DNA from: a virus
Virus record (IMG/VR): IMGVR_UViG_3300036861_001106
Location: 1-64,000 of that record
Length of the DNA stretch: 64,000 bases
Strand: one strand, 5' to 3'
Shown here in pieces: positions 59,406-64,000 of this stretch; positions within the stretch are counted from its first letter, which is position 1; every line of letters starts with the position of its first letter. Made by a program: the position numbers and the translations under genes. The notes under the pieces are model-generated. The model searched no databases, was not told the DNA's origin, and worked only from the letters and a program-made list of their open reading frames with translations.

Positions 59406-62339
59406 ATGGCACGCTACGGTCTTGTCATCGCGCTCGACACAGGGCGCCTCGTGCAGATTGACCACGACACTGGGGCGTGGGTCCGCAACTACGGCGCCCT
59501 GAACGAGACCTGGGCCGGCAACGTCAGCGACTTCGACCCGACCACCGGGCTGCCCACCCCGGAGGCCCTCGGCGCGACCGACACCAGCAACCCCTGCGGC
59601 ACGACGGCGACCAGCGCGCTCGCCTACCTGCTGGACCCCAGCACCTGCCGCGTCCTCGCCTTCGACCCCCTCACCGGTGACCTCTATGCCACCTTCGGCG
59701 GTCGGCGCGGGATCGGCAGCGGCAAGATCACCCCGGACCCCACGCGGCGCTCCATCATCGCGCTCGCGAATGGCAAGATCTGGGTCACCGACAATGCGGG
59801 CGACTTTCTGGTCCAGTTTGCCACCGGGGGCACCTTCGAGGCGGACCACGCCATCAGCGGGTGGGCCACGGCGCTCAGCCTCGCCTTTGACCAGTGCACG
59901 GGCTTCGCCTTCGACGTGGCGCGGCAGCGGTACTGGGCACTCGTCGGCGCCACCGCCACGACGTACCTCATCGAGCTGGACACCAGCCTCGTGCCCACCG
60001 GCACGGTCATCGACCTCACGACGCGCCTGGCCAGCAGCCTCGGCATCACGGTCAGCGGCCACGGTGGGAGTGACCTGGGGCGTGCGCAGACCCGGGGGCT
60101 CTTCTTCCACAACGGCTACCTGTGCCTCACCTCCACGACCTACGTCGTCAAGGTCGACCTCACCAACAGCAGCGGGGATCAGCTCCTCAAGACGTTCGCG
60201 CAGGACGTCGGCCCGGGCGCCTGGGCCAGCGATGGGACCGAGTTCTCCTTTGTGGGGCGCGACCAGGTGGACGGGCAGCCAGTCGTCCACGTCCTGACCG
60301 TTGCCACCCTGGCGGAGCGCACGTACGGATTCCAGGTCACCGTGGACGATGGCGACCCCACCCACGTGGCTGCGCCGTGGGACTTGACCGTCTCCCCCAA
60401 CGTTGAGGACCCCAGCACCCGCACCAGCCGGGACCTGCAGGTCCGGGCGCGCATCCAGGCCACCGCCACGCGCGGCATCCAGCTCCGGGCCAGCATCCGC
60501 AACACCGTCCCGCGGACCCTCGACGCCCGGGCGCGCATCCTCCAGGGGGCCATCCAGCAGCTCACGATGCGGGCCCGCATCGTCGAGGCGACGACGCTGC
60601 TGGACCGCATGACGACGGCCTGGACGCTGGAGGACAGCGTCGGCAGCTTCAGCCGCGGGCTCACCCTGAGCTGCGCGGCCAACCCGGGGCTGGCGGTGGG
60701 GGACACCGTGACGCTCTACGCGGGCTACAACGACCCCGTGGACGGACCCACCCTGGTCAAGGTCTTCCACGGCGAGGTGGACGACGTCACCGTGGCGGAG
60801 GAGGCGGACTCCGCCCTCTACACCTTCACCCTGCGGGATGTGGGGGCCAAGGAGGCCAACAGCCGCCGGGTCACCCGCACGACGCAGACGCAGTTCCCGC
60901 GCACGACGACCGACGTGCCGTCGGTGAACGCGAACAACGCCCTGCTGGACCATGGAATTCTCAACCTGCCGGACTTTGAAGCTGGCGTAGGCGCTGGTGC
61001 CCCAGCCTTCTCCTTCTACGGCAACTTCACGGCGCGGGACGTGTCGCCCATCCAGGTCCTGCAGCAGCTCACCGAGCCGTGGAACCTGTTTGCCAGCAAC
61101 CAGTACTACCCCACTGTGCGCGACGGGCGCACCTTCAGCCAGCACATCAACTGGGCCAACCCACCAGCGGATGGGTACCGGCTCCCCCGGGCCCGGCTGA
61201 CCAGCCAGGTGCTGAAGCAGCAACGGTACATTGAATCGCCCAACCTGGTGGGGCTGGCCATCCAGGTGCGCGGCGCGACCTTCACGCTGCAGATCATCGA
61301 CCAGCTCGGGCCGCAGACGCGGATTGAGTACATGCGGTCGCTGGCCCAGAGCGACGTCACGACCCCCAGTGCCAGCAACATTGGCACCACGGCCTTCGCC
61401 ACCGAGTACGTGCTCACCGAGACCAGCAACGTCGAGGAGACCTGGGGGGACAAGGTGCTGTCGCGCACCTCCGAGACCTACGAGTCGCGGTTCACCTCCA
61501 CGGACGGCGGCGGGGGGGGCACGAAGCTCATCCACCGGGAGGTGGAGGCCAACCTGTACTTCGAACCGCCCGGGGACCTTGGCTTCGACTCCATCCAGAC
61601 CTCCAGCGCGGGCCCCTCCCCGCTGGCGCTGCCGCTGCAGGTCAACTCCATCGTGTCCGGCATCGACCCCACCGACTCGGTCTTCCGGGAGCTGCAGCGC
61701 ACGCAGACGAACTACTACTACGATGCCAAGAACAACCTTGCGGCGGAGAGCACGAGCGTCACCCTCTTCGATTCAAGCACCAACACCTGGAAGCTGGACA
61801 GCGTCCAGCAGCGGTTCCACAGCGAGACCACCGGGGGCAGCACGCGCACGCGGCGGCTCTCCTTCGCCAACGACGATGGCACGCTCACCTTCGACACGGC
61901 GGATGGCCAGCAGGTCGGGGGACGCCGGCCCAACCCGGCCCTCATCTCGGGCCTCGCCTCGGTGGTGACGTCGCAGGCGATGTTCCCGATCCCTGACATT
62001 GTGGTCGACTTTCTCGGCTCGCACGTTAGCCTCCCGGTGGCCACGCCCACGTGGCTCTACGAGAACCCACTCCTGGGGCAGGACGACTGCGAGACGGTCT
62101 ACAGCTTGGCGGTCACGGAGCAGGGGCTGCAGGCCAACCCGCTGGTCCGGTGGGAGACGATCGACTTCGCGGGGCCCTTCGACCCGAACCTGCAGTCGGG
62201 CATGGCCCTCCAGTTGGAGCGCCAGCCCGGGGTGTGGGTGGACTACTGGGTGGAGAGCGTCGCCCACAGCTACACGGCGGACGAGGCACTGTCCCGGGGG
62301 TCGGCCAAGAGGATCACAACTGACCCGCTGCCAGCATAG
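59406..62339 (+). CDS. large tail-tip/hub-like protein: beta-propeller-like N-terminus, RA repeats, hub-like C-terminus
   Basis: NHL-like GKIWVTDN; four LxRAxI repeats; LAVGDTVTLYAGY...VFHGEVD; YWVESVAHSY. Confidence 0.6.
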   Translation: MARYGLVIALDTGRLVQIDHDTGAWVRNYGALNETWAGNVSDFDPTTGLPTPEALGATDTSNPCGTTATSALAYLLDPSTCRVLAFDPLTGDLYATFGGRRGIGSGKITPDPTRRSIIALANGKIWVTDNAGDFLVQFATGGTFEADHAISGWATALSLAFDQCTGFAFDVARQRYWALVGATATTYLIELDTSLVPTGTVIDLTTRLASSLGITVSGHGGSDLGRAQTRGLFFHNGYLCLTSTTYVVKVDLTNSSGDQLLKTFAQDVGPGAWASDGTEFSFVGRDQVDGQPVVHVLTVATLAERTYGFQVTVDDGDPTHVAAPWDLTVSPNVEDPSTRTSRDLQVRARIQATATRGIQLRASIRNTVPRTLDARARILQGAIQQLTMRARIVEATTLLDRMTTAWTLEDSVGSFSRGLTLSCAANPGLAVGDTVTLYAGYNDPVDGPTLVKVFHGEVDDVTVAEEADSALYTFTLRDVGAKEANSRRVTRTTQTQFPRTTTDVPSVNANNALLDHGILNLPDFEAGVGAGAPAFSFYGNFTARDVSPIQVLQQLTEPWNLFASNQYYPTVRDGRTFSQHINWANPPADGYRLPRARLTSQVLKQQRYIESPNLVGLAIQVRGATFTLQIIDQLGPQTRIEYMRSLAQSDVTTPSASNIGTTAFATEYVLTETSNVEETWGDKVLSRTSETYESRFTSTDGGGGGTKLIHREVEANLYFEPPGDLGFDSIQTSSAGPSPLALPLQVNSIVSGIDPTDSVFRELQRTQTNYYYDAKNNLAAESTSVTLFDSSTNTWKLDSVQQRFHSETTGGSTRTRRLSFANDDGTLTFDTADGQQVGGRRPNPALISGLASVVTSQAMFPIPDIVVDFLGSHVSLPVATPTWLYENPLLGQDDCETVYSLAVTEQGLQANPLVRWETIDFAGPFDPNLQSGMALQLERQPGVWVDYWVESVAHSYTADEALSRGSAKRITTDPLPA

Positions 62340-62347
62340 GAGGTACG

Positions 62348-62614
62348 TTGGCCAACATCGCTGAGATTCTGGCGCAGCGCCGGCGGGAGGCCACTCCTGG
62401 CACCGCTGCCAGCACCGCCGGCGCCGTGGTGAGCGGCATCATCGTTGCCCAGGCGGGGCCACGCTTCGTCGTGTCGGTGGCGGGGATGGACAGCTTCGCC
62501 GCGGAGACGATTGTGACGGAGACCCTGCGCGAGGGCGACCGGGTCTGGATCGCCACCGGCAAGGCGACGGCGGTGATCGTGGGGCTGCAGGGTCGCGATT
62601 CAGAGTTCGACTGA
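62348..62614 (+). CDS. small OB-fold-like tail protein
   Basis: AGGAGG SD; LREGDRVWI...AVIVG. Confidence 0.55.
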   Translation: MANIAEILAQRRREATPGTAASTAGAVVSGIIVAQAGPRFVVSVAGMDSFAAETIVTETLREGDRVWIATGKATAVIVGLQGRDSEFD

Positions 62615-63738
62615 TGGCCAACCTCCTCGACGCCTTTGAGCCCCACCGCACGGCCACGGGCCAGCCGCAGGAGCAGGGCGCGGCGCTGCGCATCGTCCCG
62701 GCGCAGCCCACCGGCACGCCACCCAACACCGTGTGGATGGGACCGGAGTTGGGCTACCTCTACTACACCGGCTCCCAGCCCAAGGCGGATGACCTCGTCG
62801 CCGTGGTGGGCATCCAGGGAGCGCAGGTGGTGATGCTGCGGGAGACCCCGCCGCTGCGCGACCCCGTGATCGTCAGCGGCTGCAAGTGCCGCTGCCAGGC
62901 CGGGGTCGGCACGATCTTCACGGTGATCAGCAACGTCAGCAGCCAGCGCCTGTCGCACGTCGTGGCGTTCGGCGTGCCGGACTTCCCGGTGCAGCAGTTC
63001 TTTGGGCACGAGGAGACCTTCAGGATCGTGGGGCTGGCGGTGGACCGGCTCACGCCCTTCACGCTCTACCTGCTCGACGACCGGCGCTCGCTCTTCAACA
63101 AGGTGACGGACGCCAGCCCCCTGCAGCAGGTGCCGGAGAACAGCTACTACACGGTCGTCCAGCTCGACCTGGTGGGGGACACCTACGCGGCGACGGCCAG
63201 CTACACCCTCGCCAACCCCGGGGTGCCCGGGTCCATCATCTTCACGCTCGACCCGGTGGAGGACCTCATCCGCAACCAGCTTGACCCGCCGTCGATCTAC
63301 CCGGGGAACCCACTCTCCGTCATCGACAGTCAACTGCACGTGACCATGAACCGCGCGCCGGCCCGGTACCAGCGCCTGGAGGCGGGGGTGCTGGTGACCC
63401 ACACCCTCACGCTGGACGGCGACCCGTACGCCAAGGGGCTGCGGGGGCGCATCGTGCAGGTGCGCGACCGGCCCGCGAAGCGGCAACTGCGCTACGCCAT
63501 CGCCTGGGCTGGCAGCGACAGCTTCGACGACGCCAAGCCAGGAGCTGCCTTTGAGGTGCTGGAGTTCAATGACGCCGACGAGATCACCGCCCGGGTCACG
63601 GACGCGGCGCTGATTAGCCCCTTCCAACTGGCGAACAACTGCAACCGCCTGGTCGTGCTGCAGTCCGACCGCTACGGCCGCACGGCCAACGACCTGGGCG
63701 GCACGGCCCTGCCGCGGGAGGCGGACGAGGAGGCCTGA
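62614..63738 (+). CDS. putative tail-tip protein
   Basis: TGATG coupling; GC3 bias. Confidence 0.6.
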   Translation: MANLLDAFEPHRTATGQPQEQGAALRIVPAQPTGTPPNTVWMGPELGYLYYTGSQPKADDLVAVVGIQGAQVVMLRETPPLRDPVIVSGCKCRCQAGVGTIFTVISNVSSQRLSHVVAFGVPDFPVQQFFGHEETFRIVGLAVDRLTPFTLYLLDDRRSLFNKVTDASPLQQVPENSYYTVVQLDLVGDTYAATASYTLANPGVPGSIIFTLDPVEDLIRNQLDPPSIYPGNPLSVIDSQLHVTMNRAPARYQRLEAGVLVTHTLTLDGDPYAKGLRGRIVQVRDRPAKRQLRYAIAWAGSDSFDDAKPGAAFEVLEFNDADEITARVTDAALISPFQLANNCNRLVVLQSDRYGRTANDLGGTALPREADEEA

Positions 63739-64000
63739 TGGCGGGTGAGAAGGAGTTCATCGCCGACTTCTGCAAGGCACGCCGCTTCACGCGGTTCCAG
63801 ACGAAGCGCAACCTGGCTGCGCCCCTCGACGTCCTGGACGTCACCACCATCGCGCCGCTGGGCTGCAACCTGATCGCCGGGCACCAGGGGACGGAGGCAG
63901 GGGTGATCCTCTCGACGGTGGACCACCGCACGGGGGGCTACGGCAGTGCCATCCTCACCTCCGCAGACCCTGAATCGGTGTTCAACCCAGGCCCGGCGAC
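63738..64000 (+). CDS. hypothetical protein, truncated by the window end
   Basis: GAGGAGG SD and TGATG coupling; MAGEKEFIADFCK... Confidence 0.6.
   Translation, partial: MAGEKEFIADFCKARRFTRFQTKRNLAAPLDVLDVTTIAPLGCNLIAGHQGTEAGVILSTVDHRTGGYGSAILTSADPESVFNPGPA

Noticed and set aside
59070-61535. 821-aa and other long minus-strand ORFs over the structural genes
   Set aside because: Expected stop-poor antisense frames of GC3-rich genes, with no motifs or SDs.
1-64000. Diversity-generating retroelement, retron or alternative genetic code
   Set aside because: No reverse transcriptase or template/variable repeat pair noticed; TAA, TAG and TGA all end well-supported genes.

Overview
The window is a GC-rich 64 kb segment of a tailed dsDNA phage or prophage genome. 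Bases 1-25,200 hold accessory and early genes: many small Cys-rich ORFs, two HNH endonucleases, a polysaccharide-lyase-like protein, a class II FBPase (glpX), exported proteins, three sigma factors, a tRNA-like RNA, RNase H, and C5 and amino DNA methyltransferases. Bases 25,270-64,000 hold the virion module: a T4-gp20-like portal, head fibre-like proteins, an amidase endolysin, a single ChaB-protease-scaffold-major capsid polyprotein, a non-contractile-type neck and tail with a -1 frameshifted chaperone, a tape measure, a glycosyltransferase/methyltransferase cassette and tail-tip proteins. No terminase, integrase, DNA polymerase or CRISPR array was recognised. The strongest unusual signals are five. 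(1) A small gene is hidden by two tandem ORF-less group I introns and sits beside a free-standing LAGLIDADG nuclease. (2) Tandem promoter-seed-hairpin small-RNA cassettes occur, one complementary to the translation-initiation region of an exported-protein gene. (3) An overlapping-frame C5 methyltransferase is split by an endonuclease insertion. (4) The fused capsid polyprotein may be matured at Gln rather than Glu. (5) A tRNA mimic has no usable anticodon loop. All family calls are from motif recognition by eye; no searches were run. Start codons were adjusted from the ORF track using RBS and promoter position.
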